Assembly (NCBI GenBank): GCA_013265495.1
Contig: MU058844.1
Location: forward strand, 6,943,260 to 7,007,259
Source: Vicugna vicugna
Taxonomy: Eukaryota
DNA length: 64,000 nt
Direction of reading: 5' to 3'
Positions within the stretch are counted from its first letter, which is position 1; each line of letters begins with the position of its first letter. The notes under the pieces were generated by a model that was not told the origin of the DNA, ran no database searches, and saw only the letters and a list, made by a program, of their open reading frames with translations. The translations under genes were made by a program, and so were the position numbers. Below are positions 41,490 through 54,436 of this stretch, one piece after another.

Positions 41490-42286
41490 CTATCGAGAAG
41501 TAATTTGTAACAAAAATATTTTAAATCGCATAGTAAATAATAATCAAGAGGAATTTGCTTCAAAGTGAAGTAAAATATAAAGTCATAGGTTGATAATCCA
41601 ATTAATATTAAGGAGTGAATCACATGAACTCCTTAAGAATGTAAACTCTTACTGATTTGACATGAAATACAGACATAGAGACTCTTAAAATTTACAAAAT
41701 GTTACTATAACACAGACATCTATGATAAACAGGTTAATAACGCTTATCATTTAAATACTACTTAAATACTAAATTAGACCCTACCGAAGTAAACTTGAAG
41801 TACATGAGTATCTTACATCTTGATAGAGGTTTCCTAAATTTGACAATAATCTCAGAAATATACATATCATCAATAAAACATTTTGAAGAATTCCTTAAAT
41901 TACCAATGACAAAAATTAAATTTTGATTAATAATCCTACAGAAAGATAAACTTCTTTCTCTTATCTATACAGAAAATCATATTTTAAAATAGTTTTTCTC
42001 TGTAAATATATATATATGTGTGTACTAGAGTATACAGCCAAAAATGAAGACCAAAAGGGTATTACAGAGATATAACAGGAGAGTTAATAAAATCCTATTT
42101 TATTACTTTGAATATGAATCATCCTATTTATTAGCTCTTTAAAAATTTATAATTTGTTGGGATTTTCTTCTTACTTAAATAAACATGTACTTTAGTACTG
42201 TATTCATAATTTTCTTTTTCTTCTTGAAGTTTCCCTGTTACAATTTGTATAAACTACATGACTTACAAAATCTCCATCTGTCCTTG
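41490..42286 (+). mobile_element. hAT-Tip100 (Arthur1-like) transposase C-terminal remnant and 3' end
   Basis: TTTCCTAAATTTGACAATAATCTCAGAAATATAC resembles the FPNL..IL start of the hAT dimerisation domain. Ends ACAAAATCTCCATCTGTCCTTG, similar to the Arthur1 terminus. Confidence 0.6.
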
Positions 42287-44228
42287 CCCTTAATGACATT
42301 CTAAAGTCTGTAATGCTTTTTATACCAGCATCCAAAAATAATCAGTTTATGACTTGCTGACTCCTAGTCTCTGAACTAGAGGTAAACTTCAAAGTTTCCT
42401 TTTCCTTTCCCAATGTCTGAGCTCCTCTCAGTATTTCTCATGGCCCTGAATTCTCGGCTAGTATGAGATGGTCCTATTTGGCACAGTCCAAATATTTGTC
42501 TTTTTGGGCATAGTCTTGGAAGAATAAAACTCTTCTAAATTTCTACTTGATGCAAAGGAACCTTATCCATTTCTCATTCAAAGCTCAACTTTCCTTCTTG
42601 CAAGGAAAAGAGGAAATTGGCTTCTTCCTTCTGTCATGTCTCGTATTTCTGAGGAAAATTAAAATTAGACATACCAAAATCTTCACTGAGACACACTGCA
42701 ACACAAGGTATTGGTTTAACCAAATTTAGTAACAGTCTAGTTTAAATGTCAGAACATTTCTCTTGACCATCTCCCCATCTCCACAGCCCATTCCATCTCA
42801 CTTTAGTAATCTCTGGTTTTAATTTTTGAATGTAGGAAATATCAATTTTGGTAATAGTAACAATAATACTTTTTTATTTTGAACCCATGTCATTTGGTAT
42901 GGGTAAGATTTCAAATCTTAAATCTACATTTTGCTTTGACAGCAATTAAAATTAACTGCAGTCCTTGGTGTTCATCTACATACATTTAGTTGCCTCTAGG
43001 CCTTCACCAGCTGTTAAAAGTTCTGCCTCATGGTCCATGCTTGACATTGCTATTGGCATGCAGCTCTCCTTTTATTGTCACAGAGGCCTCGCTCCTCCTG
43101 TCACTGCCAATCTTCCACTGCAGTCCTCATGTCAGTGCCGAGCTTTCACAGTAGTGACTGAAGCACCCTTCCACTTGACAAGACTACTGTTCCCTTATTG
43201 TTTTACAGCTTCCTACATCAAGAACCTAATCTCATCCCCTGGTCATGGGATATCTGAGTGTCACCACACAACATGCACTAAAAATATTCTTCTCTGTATT
43301 CTATTCATCATTCAGAGAGAACAGGTATCTGTTCACAGCTCAGGTATGCTTCCTTTCCTTTCATCCACAGGCATTACCTAATAGCATCGGGGTAGTCTTG
43401 CCCTAGTCCTAAAGTTTAGGAGATTTTTTTTATCAGATTCTAACCCTATACCGTTCCATGTATTTTTGGTTTTTCCTTACAGGAAGCTTATCTAGTAAAC
43501 ATGGGCCACAGAGAAAATGTGATGGCTCACTGATACATGCTAGTGGAAATGTAGAATAGTTTCTGCCAGAAAAGCGAACTGTATATCACTTGTAGGTAGA
43601 ATCTATGCTTTTATAATCTTTGTATCTCCACAGAAATCATCATTTTTGTCTCATATATAACATGTGTGTATATACACCAGATTTATAAGAGGAATCAAAT
43701 ATATATATTAATCAATTATGTATATATGTATATTATATATATGACTAAGTAGAATATCCCACAAGACTATCTTAATATTTCTCACCTCGTTTAAGCCTCT
43801 CAGTAACCCCAAATTAAAATTTTACCACATCCTATTTAAGAAAATAATATTGGTGTTTTAAAACATTCCACAGTTGATTTCTCTAAGTCACAATGAGAAA
43901 AACAGCATCAAATTACATGATATGAACTAAAAATGTTTGGAAAAAATAATTGTTATAATAATAAAATTTTAAAGATTCATTTGCATAAACTAGGCACTTG
44001 TTCATTTTTCTTTCCTCCACCAAAATCATTCTTTATTTTTTTCATATATATGACTAGCTGTATCAAAAATAACAGAGATAGAAGAAAAAATAAAATGTTT
44101 CAAATAATTCTGCAGATAAATCTCCTTTCCCCTGGTTGTAACTATATCTCTAGCAAAATGCAGACATTCTTAGTATTTCAAGAACACACTGGCTGGCATA
44201 TTAAAAGGCACTCAGAACTCCATCAGAG

Positions 44229-45744
44229 CTACAGTAATCAAAACAGCGATGGATCCAAACAGATGTATGGATCATTGAACAGAATAGAGAGCCCAGAAAC
44301 AAACCCACAAACTTTTGGTCAACTAACCTTTGACAAAGAAGGCAAGAACATACAATGGAGTAAAGACAGTCTCTTTAGCAAACAGTGTTGGGAAAATTGG
44401 ACAGCTGCTTGTAAATCAGTGAAGTTAGAATACTCCCTCACATCATACACAAACATAAACTCAAAATGCTTAAAGACTTAAACATAAGACAAAACACTAA
44501 ACCTCAGAAGAAAACATAAGCAAAACACTATATGACATAAATCTCAGCAATGGTCTCCTAAGGCAGTCTACCCAGACAAGAGAAATAAAGCAAAAATAAA
44601 CAAATATGACCTAATTAAATTTATAAGCTTTTGCACAGCAAAGGAAAATATAAGCAAAATAAAAAGACAATCTACAAAATGGGAGAAAATATTTGCAAAA
44701 GATGAGACTGACAAAGGCTTAATTTCCAGAATATATAAATAGCACATATAAATTAATTAAAAAAACAAAAAGCAAAAACAACCCAATCCAAAAATGGGCA
44801 CAAGACCTAAACAAGCAATTCTCCAATGAAGGCATAGAAATAGCCAACAGGTACATGAATAAATGCTCAATATTGCTAGTTAACAAAGAAATGCAAATCA
44901 AAACTACAATGAGGTATCACTTCACACCAGTCAGAATGGTCATTATTCAAAAGTCAACAAACGATAAGTGCTGGAGAGGGTGTGGAGAAAAGGGAACCCT
45001 CCTACACTGTTGGTGGGAATGTAGTTTGGTGCAGCTGTTATGGAAAACAGTACAGAAATGCCTCAAAAGACTAAAAATAGACTTACCATATGATCCAGCA
45101 ACCCCACTCCTGACCATATATCCAGAGGGAATCTTAATTCAAAAAGATACATGCATCCCAGTGTTCATAGCAGTACTATTTATAATAGCCAAAATATGGA
45201 AACAACCTAAATGTCATCAATAGATGACTGCATAAAGAAGTTGTGGTTCTTATACAATGGAATACTATTCAGCCATAAAAATAATAACATAATACTATTT
45301 GCAGCAACATGGATGAAACTGGAGGCTGTCATTCTAAATGAAGTAAGCCAGAAAGAGAAAGAAAAATACCATATGATATCACTTATATGTGGAATCTAAA
45401 ACAAAAGACAAATGTACTTATTTATAAAACAAAAAAACAGATCCACAGACATAAAAAACAAACTTATGGTTACCGAGGTGAGGGGGGAGAGGGTGGGAAG
45501 TGATAAACTGGGAGTTTGAGATTTGCAGATACTAATATATACAAAAGAGATAAACAACAAGTTCATATTGTATAGCACAGAGAACTATATTCAATATCTT
45601 GTAGTGACTTACGGTGAAAAAGAATATGAAAATGAATATATGCATGTTCATGTACTGAAGCATGGTGCTATATACCAGAGATTGACAGAACATTGTAAAC
45701 TGACTATATTTCAATTATTATATATTTATATATATTAAAAAAAA
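44229..45744 (+). mobile_element. 5'-truncated, relatively young L1 with poly(A) and perfect 13-bp TSD
   Basis: ORF2 C-terminal peptides [20 protein letters not shown] and [18 protein letters not shown], full 3' UTR and A-tail. TSD AACTCCATCAGAG at 44216-44228 and 45745-45757. ORF2 is broken by frameshifts. Confidence 0.97.
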
Positions 45745-45916
45745 AACTCCATCAGAGTTTTAAAAGTGGACCAGTTTGCCCAGGACTAGGCAGAATTGAA
45801 ATTAATCTAAAAAGTCTAAGTCTTCCATCCTGTTTAAGGGATGAGTGCTTTAGTCAGAGTTCTCCAGAGAAACGGAACCAATAGAATATACATAGACATA
45901 TATGTCTTAAAAAACC

Positions 45917-46130
45917 AATACACCTGCCTTAATTAAAGAATATTATTATGTTGCTTAAAAAGCTAACCATCATCTGAGCCTTCAGTGAGTTGTAATTCTT
46001 CCATGACAGTAACATTAAAAAATCACTGATCAGAGATCACTGTAACAACTATAATAATGAAAAAGTGTGAAATATTGCAAGAATTACCAAAATGCAACAT
46101 AGAGATACGAAGTGAGCAAATGCTGTGCCT
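45917..46130 (-). mobile_element. Tigger1 deletion-derivative fragment, antisense
   Basis: CATCATCTGAGCCTTCAG...GAATTACCAAAATG...GAAGTGAGCAAATGCTGT, ending in TIR-like TGCCTG. Confidence 0.8.
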
Positions 46131-46132
46131 GT

Positions 46133-46442
46133 GAGGCATGCCTTGTTATATGGTGCATCACTTCACTGTGCTTCACTGAAACTGCGTTTTTTTTACAAAT
46201 TGAAGGTTTGTGGCAACCCTGTGTCAAGCAAGTCTATTGGCATCCTTTTTCCAATGGTGCATTATTTTGTAATTAAAGGTATATGCATTGCTGTTTTTAG
46301 ATACGATGCTCTTGCATATAAAAGTAAACATAACTTTTATATGCACTGGGAACCCATGAAATTTGGGTGACTTGCTTTATTACAATATTTGCTTTATTGT
46401 GATGGTCTGGACTGAATTCACAGTATCTCTAGAATATACCTG
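46133..46442 (+). mobile_element. Tigger1 deletion derivative with both ends
   Basis: AGGCATGCC...TTTTACAAATTGAAGGTTTGTGGCAACCCTG (5' end) joined to GCTTTATTGTGATGGTCTGG...TATACCTG followed by TA. Confidence 0.85.
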
Positions 46443-47399
46443 TATATGAGGAGATATATTACAGGAGTTGCTTCAAATGATTATAGAGGCTGAAAAATCC
46501 CACAATCTGTTATCTTTGAGCTGGAAAACCAGGGAATTTGGTGATATAATTTAATCTGAATCTGAAGGCCTGGGAATCAAGGGGGCTATTAAAGTCAGTC
46601 CTAGGGTCTGAAGACCCTAAAGCCAGGAGTTCTGCTGTCAGACAAAGATGAATACCCCAGCTCAAGAAGAGACACAGAATTCACCCTTCCTCTGTCTTTT
46701 TGTTCCATTCAGGTTCTCAACTGATTGGATGATGCCTCCCACATTGGTGAGAGTGGTTCTCTTAACTCAGTCTACTGAATCAAGTGCTAATCTCTTCCAG
46801 AAACACCCTCAAAGACACTAAGAAATAGTTTTACTGGCCATGTGGGTATCTGTTAGCCCAGTCAAATTAACACATAAAATTAACCATCACAAGGATTAAG
46901 TTGAACACTTGAAGGAAGCCTACACATTGCCTACTCCTACCCACTCACTTTATCCAGGGCAGATTTCTCCTGTTGCCTCTCTTGTCAACTACAGTGCTTT
47001 GGGGAGTCCTGCTGGGGAAATTAAAAAGCGCTCTATATCAATATTGAGGAAGCCCATTCCTGTAAATACTATTCCTTAATCTAAACCTGAATTTTTGTCT
47101 ATGGGAATATAATAATTGAAGAAAATTTACTTCCAGAAAGATGAGAACAAGGCATCAGAGAAAATGCTTTTCATTGAAGCAGAACTAACTCAAGAAATAA
47201 GCTAGTACTTTGAAAGTCTTATAAGTAGTATTCCAAGTGAGATGCAGGAAGACTACATTATTCATAAAATAAAACAATTCAGCTATGAAGAAAGAACAAT
47301 TACATCTTTTAAATTAACCAAAATGTATTGGACGTTTAAAGAGAAATCTGTTAATAGGATTTGTATGCAGGGCATATGTTAATTTAGATTTGAAGGCAT

Positions 47400-47930
47400 A
47401 AGTTAGGGAAGGACATTTGAAATGAAACCAGAAATGTAAGTAGGAAAAAACTCAATGAAGGACAATGAAAGAATGCCCCACAGTTGAAGAAAACATGTGC
47501 TGAAAATGAAAAGTTTTGGGCCTGCCTGAAAAACAATAAAAAAGCTAGTTTGGTGGGTGAGAGTGATACTGCCAGATAAACTCAAAGATGGAGGAAATCT
47601 AGGGTTAGACTTTAGGACCCTATAGGTCTCATAAAAGAGTCTGAATCTTATACAGTCTTGAATCCTGAATTGTAACAGCACACCACTGAAGTAATTAAAG
47701 CAAAGGATCTGACATTTTCTTTATTGAAATCATGCAGTATGCACTGTGGAATATGGACACGAGGAGGGACAAGACTGGAATGGAGGACACTATTCAGAAA
47801 GCTATTATTTAGCCAATTTAAAAAAAGATAGTAATTTGTACTAGAGGGATGGCAGTGGAGATCAAAATGATTTCCAGCTGTATTTAGATGTAGAATTGGT
47901 AGGAACTCTTGACAACCTGGTTATGGAGAA
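47400..47930 (-). mobile_element. L2 fragment
   Basis: ACTAGAGGGATGGCAGTGGAGA...GTAGAATTGGTAGGAACT is typical antisense L2. Confidence 0.6.
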
Positions 47931-48019
47931 TAAGCTGTCAACAAAACAGAATTAGATGTTCAGAAAGATAATCTTTTATTTAGAGAAATTTCGTATATTA
48001 TAAGGATGACAATTCTGAT

Positions 48020-48435
48020 CTATGGGGATGTATAAATTAACCTTTCAGTGGCTTGAAAGAATTGACTCACCATTTGGAAAACTATATTACATACCAGTCT
48101 GATATCATTCATAAATCTCAAATGGATTAAATATTGAAAGTTTAAAATTAAAAACTATAGGAAATGCAAAAATATTTCTTATAAAATTGAATAGGAAAAA
48201 CCTTTCTAATTTTGATACAAACCTAGAAGTCACAAAGGAAAACTTGGGTAGAATTGATTATGTATAGCCTAAAAATATCTGTATAGCAATAAACACTGTA
48301 ATAAAAGTTGAAAGAAAACTACAACCTAAGAAAATATCTCAACATATGTGGTGGACAAAGAATCTCATTTCATAATATATGAGATGCATCTAATCAGTTA
48401 TGTGAAAATAAAAAATGATAGAAAAAGGGCAAAAT
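48020..48435 (+). mobile_element. Old L1 ORF2 fragment
   Basis: CATTTGGAAAA...AAATCTCAAATGGATTAAA...GGAAAAACCTTTCTAA. Confidence 0.6.
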
Positions 48436-48439
48436 CAAT

Positions 48440-48600
48440 TGTACTAGGTGTTATGCTAAACATGTCATATATATTATTTTACTTATTCCTCACAAAACAT
48501 CTATGATGTAGGAACTATTCTGAATTCTTATTCTACAGATGAGAAAACTGAGGCTCAGGATGGTTAAGTGATCTGCCCAGATTGCACAGCTGTCATTGTA
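48440..48600 (-). mobile_element. MIR
   Basis: TACAGATGAGAAAACTGAGGCTCAGGATGGTTAAGTGATCTGCCCAG. Confidence 0.85.
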
Positions 48601-51600
48601 GATTTTATGCTTATACATAAATTCTGAAATGAAATTTGATGCAATGCCTTATCTATGCTTTGTTTTGCTATGCTACACTATAACATCCTATCCTATTCTT
48701 TTCTATCACATCTTATACTTATCTCATCCTAAATCATATTTTACTGTAAAAAATTCATTTTAGAACATGTATGTTGTATCTCTCCTCCCTGTTGGCAAAA
48801 AGTGAATTTTCTATTTCCACTATATTCTCTGTGTATGAGGGGGTATGTACACACGTACACACACATTACTTAATATCTTTCAACAGCACTACAGAGGTTA
48901 TTTAATGAAAAATAGCTTCTTAATAAATTGCGTTGAGCACTGTTTATGATTCTGTATTTCCAACATGAATTCACTGTTATATATCAGAACAACAAATGAT
49001 ATATAAAGATAATATGAAGGCAGCTAATCCAGGAAAACAATTATTCTATATTAAGATGTTTTATTGACTTGAACTAAAAATATTAATATACTCCTTAATA
49101 ATAAGCACATTGCTTTCTTAATGTGATGACATTCCTTATTATAAAATTTTTAAAATATTAATTTACTGGTTTAATAATGACTTTGAAATCATCATTTATA
49201 TATCACAGTGCTGTATAAGCATCTAAATGTTACTAATTATTTTACACTCAAAGAGCAGTTTCTATTACCTGAGTGATTGTACTTGAATTTATTGCTGAAC
49301 TATTGAAATATTTAACCTTCAAACACTCTACAGAAATATTTTCTTACATATAAGTATTCTCTAGAGGAAACAGACATAAACTAAACCATACTTCAGGTTC
49401 ACCAAATATAGTAATTAACATGGAACTTAGTCTTGCTCTTGCATTTCCTTTTCATAAAGATAGAGTCTAGCTGGGTTACATGGCTGTGAAGTGCTGAGAA
49501 ACTGATCACCTCACCAGGTAATTTATTAGGTTCTTATTAGCACAATCTATCACCATTCCAGTCAAACATTTGATTTGGCAGAAGTAATGGATGCAAAGTC
49601 TAGCACTTACGAGTTTTTTAGAGATGTACTTTTTTACTTTGGGAGAAATATGCTTAAATTGATAGCTCTAGGCTGGCTTATGGAAATAATTAGAGGATAA
49701 CTGTCCACAAGCATTTCCTAAGCTTATATATTTGGAGTTAAATAAGCATCCCGAAAGATCTTTGTTTATAACTGTCACCAAGTACTTAATATTTATAATA
49801 AAAATACCAGTATTCTTTTGAAGTAGAGTCCCTCCTGTTTCATGGCATCAACTTTTGGCACTAGGCCAACAAACTGCAGTTTGAATATGAACAATCTTCT
49901 TTCAAAAGCTAAAAAGGATTGTCAAAAGCATTTTTTTCCCTAGTGGTCTAGCAAATATTATCACATCACAATGCTCATAATAAACCTGATGCTATAGGAG
50001 TATATAATGTTATTCTAACCCAAGAAATGGGAGATGAGTGAAACCAGCCTTTACAAAATATCATTTAATGTCCTCCAGTGGCTGAATAAATTTTAACAGC
50101 ATAGGGGATAAAATTCCTTTGGTAGAGCATCTTATTTAGTTTCTTTAATTGCATGCTATTTTTCTCAGGCTTGATGTAGTTCTGGTCATAGAATGTAGAA
50201 AGGCTACATCACAATAAATATCTGATTCATTGCTTGAAGATTTCAAACACTGTGAATGTGTGTAAAGTGCAGGGCATGGCATTGAGCTGGATGTATGGTA
50301 GACTATTAGGAAAATTAAGGCTATCTTTTTATCACAAATAAGGATAATTCACATGGCTATATTGAATACAAATATTGATAAGTTTGACTTAGTTCTGGAA
50401 ATCATTTTTATTTTATAGATGAGGGACTATATAATTTGATGTGTGCTAACATAAACCAAAGTAGATTTCTTGACAGCTAATGTTATTTTCTTTTTTCTAA
50501 CTTACATGTTTCTAAGCAAGGGATCTTACATTTTCCTTTCTCAGATTCTCCATGAAAATAAGTTTTTTTTTTTAAGTTGTACATCCAGATTGCCTTATAT
50601 AATCAGTTTGTCTAGCTTCCTCCCTTCTCTCAATCAATTCTGGTCTCTCTAGAGGAGAAATAAAGGACAGCAGATACAAGCCTCAATCCTTTATTTAGCT
50701 TGTTAGCAGGTACTTACTGATCATACGCTTTAAAACAGTTTTTAAGTAGTTATACTTTTAATTAGAGTACTGCATGTTTTGACCTTAGTATAAATTGGGG
50801 GCAATTCTTCCCAATTATTGAGAGTTTTTTTTTCTTAAATATGAGAGTGTGTTAGGGACAACCTGAACTAAAGAAGAAATATATAAATCAGAAGAATGAT
50901 CATTAAGTTTTATAACTTGATTTAAGGGAAGATATTTATAAGACTACAATACAAAGGATATAATATCTTAGCAGTAAGGAAAAGAAGTGATGGAATTATT
51001 TGATGGAATTTTGCTAAAGCAACTTTCAGATTAATATTTCTTATATATATCTCCCTAATGACTACAAAATAGAAATCAACCTCAGGGTATAATTCAATGT
51101 TAATATGTCTCTTATTTCTGCCTTAGAGTAGGTTTGTATTTCTAAAACATGGCTTCTGATTACTTACAAAATAAAATCCAAGTTTCTTCCCAAATTACCG
51201 AAGTCCAGTTAATATGTCTTACTTTTAGGGATTCTCCTTGGACATACCATTTAATCTAGCCAACTTGACCATCTTCTATTTTCCTGATGATGACCCAGAC
51301 TCACTACACTTGGCCAATATTCTCACCTTTAAGAGGAATGCTCTTTCTCTAGCCTCTCTCATCACAATCCAGTTAATTCTTCAGCATTCAGATCAAACAT
51401 TATGTCATCTATAATACCTTTTTAAGTTATTTCTATTAGAAATAATCTCTCCTTTTTGGAATCCAGTAGAATTTATTAATCTTTTTTCTTATACCCCCAA
51501 TACCAGATGCGGCCTACACAGAGGAGGCATGAATGTCTGAACAAACTCAGGATGGTGTTAGGCAACAGCTACGTGAAACAAGGCTGGATAGGATGTCAAA

Positions 51601-53043
51601 GGTGACCAAATCACCTAGTAAAACAATAGTCATTTGGGAGAATTCTCAATAAGCAGTAGGATCCTCTTTGTGGCTTCTCAATATACATTGCATTAAAAAA
51701 TGCAAAAAAAAAATGACTTTAGCTTATTAAACTGATGTTTTCATTTTTTCCAGCTCAATGGCAATATGTACTTATTATTTGCCCCATTCTTTAGTTACCT
51801 ATGACAATGTTCGTGTTCATATGATTTTTGTATGTGTTCATGTGTGCTTTTTGAATTCAGGCATCACTAATGATTCCCATGACTCTTTTTATTCTTCATA
51901 GACTCCTCAGAAAGTGGAAAGGTGAGCACTGTAGATACTTTGGTGACTCTTGAACAATGAGAGAAAACAATTTCCTTTGATCCAGTGATTGAGAGAATTG
52001 CAGGTTTTTAATGGAAAAAATACAGCTAGGAAACTCCCTAAATAATTGTGAACTTGCATTCTGAGCATAGTCGAAAAATCATACTTACATGGTTAAAGAT
52101 AAGTGAAACAAAATAAAGGGAAAATCAGCTAAACAAACCTAAGCTTCATAATCATATAGATACTAATATTTTATTTTGATCTTTAAATTTAAAAAATCGT
52201 CACTATTTCATCTATTGTAGTTCTTTGTTATAAAATTAAAGCAAAGTATTTTCATTCTGATCTCTTAAATTGCAAATTTTGATTCTTATGCCCTTTACCA
52301 TGCTTGATAAGATGCTAAGAGTAACAGCAGAATATTATTTGCATGCTGTTAAATTCTGTTTAAAATACATGACTTAAATTCTGTACTTTAGTTATCAAAG
52401 CACTCCTTCCTGTGCCTTTTGCAGAATTAGCCTTAGAGCAGTAAGTAAAACAACAGTACTATGTTTACAAAATAAGCACCTCATTTGGAAAAGAATACAT
52501 GCCTAAAGATAAAATTCTGAGCAAAGAATGAAGAGGTAATGAGATAACTGGAGAATTCCATCGATTCAAGTATTTAAATAAATTAATTATCTTATTACTC
52601 ATGCAAACAAAGCGATTATCATAAACGAATCCTTGATACTATATAAAATACACAAAACATACCACAGGAAAAGTATGCACTTAAGAATGAAGAATTGTAC
52701 TTGAGTGTGGTATAGCCTTCAGAATCAGCCTCCAAACAAACTAGAATTTTGTTACTTAAGGACTGAATTTTAATTCAAAATCATGCAAATTTTATGGAAC
52801 AAAGGTTGATTGCCTACATTCCCCAATCTTCACAAAGAACTACAAATCTATTATTTAGTTAATTAATGAACGCTATTCTAATGACATTTACTTCTCTTGT
52901 TTATTCAATTCTTACTTCTAGTTCTGCTAAATACAGTTTGTAATTGGCACTAAGTAATTTTGGTTTGGTAAATAACATATTTCATTTTGTTATATATAAT
53001 TTATTTAAGCAATATTACTTAGTAGAATTTAGTTTACTCTTTT

Positions 53044-53685
53044 TGAGACAGGAAGGGGGCATGGCACAGCCATTGAAGGAATGATACAGCAATTAACATC
53101 AAAATCGTGGAAGATTCAACCCCCAGTAGGCCCTGAGGCTCAAGATGGTGGGAGATTTCACTTCTAGCAGATCTTGAGCTTCATTATATGCCCATTGTAA
53201 TTTATTAATATGGCAGTCCTAAAGCTAGCCACAAAAGGTCAAAGAGTGGGAAATGGCCAACTTCCTGGGAATCTCGGCCCCTTCCCCAGACTAATTAGAC
53301 TGGTCCTTCCACTTATTAGCATGTGAAGCCACTGAGCCCATAAAAATTGGCAAATAGTGCCTTGCAGTGGCTGCACTCTCTCTCATGGCTGCACTTCCCT
53401 TTCTCTCTTTCTCTCTCCTCTCCTTTAGAGACTGCCGCAATCTGTCTAAGGAAAGTGTACCTATTTTTACTGTAATCTGAGCACCCAATCTCCACACCTC
53501 GTGGCCTTTCTCTTGCCTTTCGATGTATCTCTCTAAATGAATCTACCTTTACTCAACTGTGGCTTGCTCTTGATTTCTTTCCTTCATGAAGCCAAGGACC
53601 CACACTTGGCGAGGCATGTCCCAGGGGCTCAACCAAAGCCTGGGCACGGCCCTTTTCACGCCCCACATCAGTTTTTCCTGCTTCA
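53044..53685 (+). mobile_element. MER41-like ERV1 solo LTR
   Basis: TG...CA termini and TTTT on both flanks. The central TTCCTGGGAATCTCGGCCCCTTCCCC...TTAGCATGTGAAG...CCATAAAAATTGGCAA is colinear with the MER41 GAS region as I recall it. Confidence 0.85.
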
Positions 53686-54436
53686 TTTTCATTTTTTGTT
53701 TTTCTCCCTCTAATGCTAGTAAGAGCAATTTGAATAACAATACTAGTAAACCAACTTGAATAATAATTGAAATATGAAAGATAACCCACATTGACAGACT
53801 ATTTAAAGGACGTAACTCAGATGACCCTACTAGTGTTGATTCAAACTTTAAAACATTGATTACATTATGAAAAATATGATTACTATATCACTACCTAAAG
53901 CTAGTTTATTTATGAATAAAGTTTCAAACATTTTAATAAATATTCCTTACTTATGCTTCCAAATTCAGCTTCCTAATGAGTGTGTTTATTTTCTTGGCTT
54001 AATATAGTGAGGTCTATTTTACATTTCCTATGTTATCAATCAGACCTAGAGAAAGAAATCATTTAGACATCCTAGGGGAAATGCTCTATGTAGAAATAAC
54101 CATAAACTTGTCATTAAATGATAATATTAAGAATTTCTGATCCTCTAAAAGTAGATAGATAAATAATTGAGTTTCAAAGAAAAAGAGGATAGACAAGAGA
54201 TTTTAAGAATAAAATACTTAAAGCATTAAAGTGACTACAACTCATATTAAAAGGCATTTTGCCACTCATTTAATTTTCCATACATTGTTCTCTGCTTGTT
54301 GTGGAAAAGAGTTTGATGCACGCTGCATTCAAAGATAGAAAGCAAAATTTTAAAAGGAAATAATAAATAAAGACATGAAGAAAGAAGAGAGATAAGCTGT
54401 GCCTAACTATTTACACCCCAACTTAAAATATCCTTA

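Larger units (their letters stand above)
45846..46891 (-). mobile_element. ERVL solo LTR (MLT2B-like), split by Tigger1 pieces
   Basis: TTAGTCAGAGTTCTCCAGAGAAACGGAACCAATAG at the left. It resumes at about 46443 and ends AACACATAAAATTAACCATCACA. Confidence 0.85.

Noticed and set aside
43933..45399. ORFs of 182, 122 and 62 aa as host genes
   Set aside because: They are frameshifted L1 ORF2 pieces; the first is a chance read-through from AT-rich flank into the L1.
50104..50135. GGGGATAAAATTCCTTTGGTAGAGCAT resembling a tRNA or SINE A-box
   Set aside because: No B-box, cloverleaf, tail or TSD follows.
52081..52101. ATACTTACATGG similar to the U1 snRNA 5' end
   Set aside because: Similarity ends after about 12 nt; it is equally just a reverse-strand donor-like motif.
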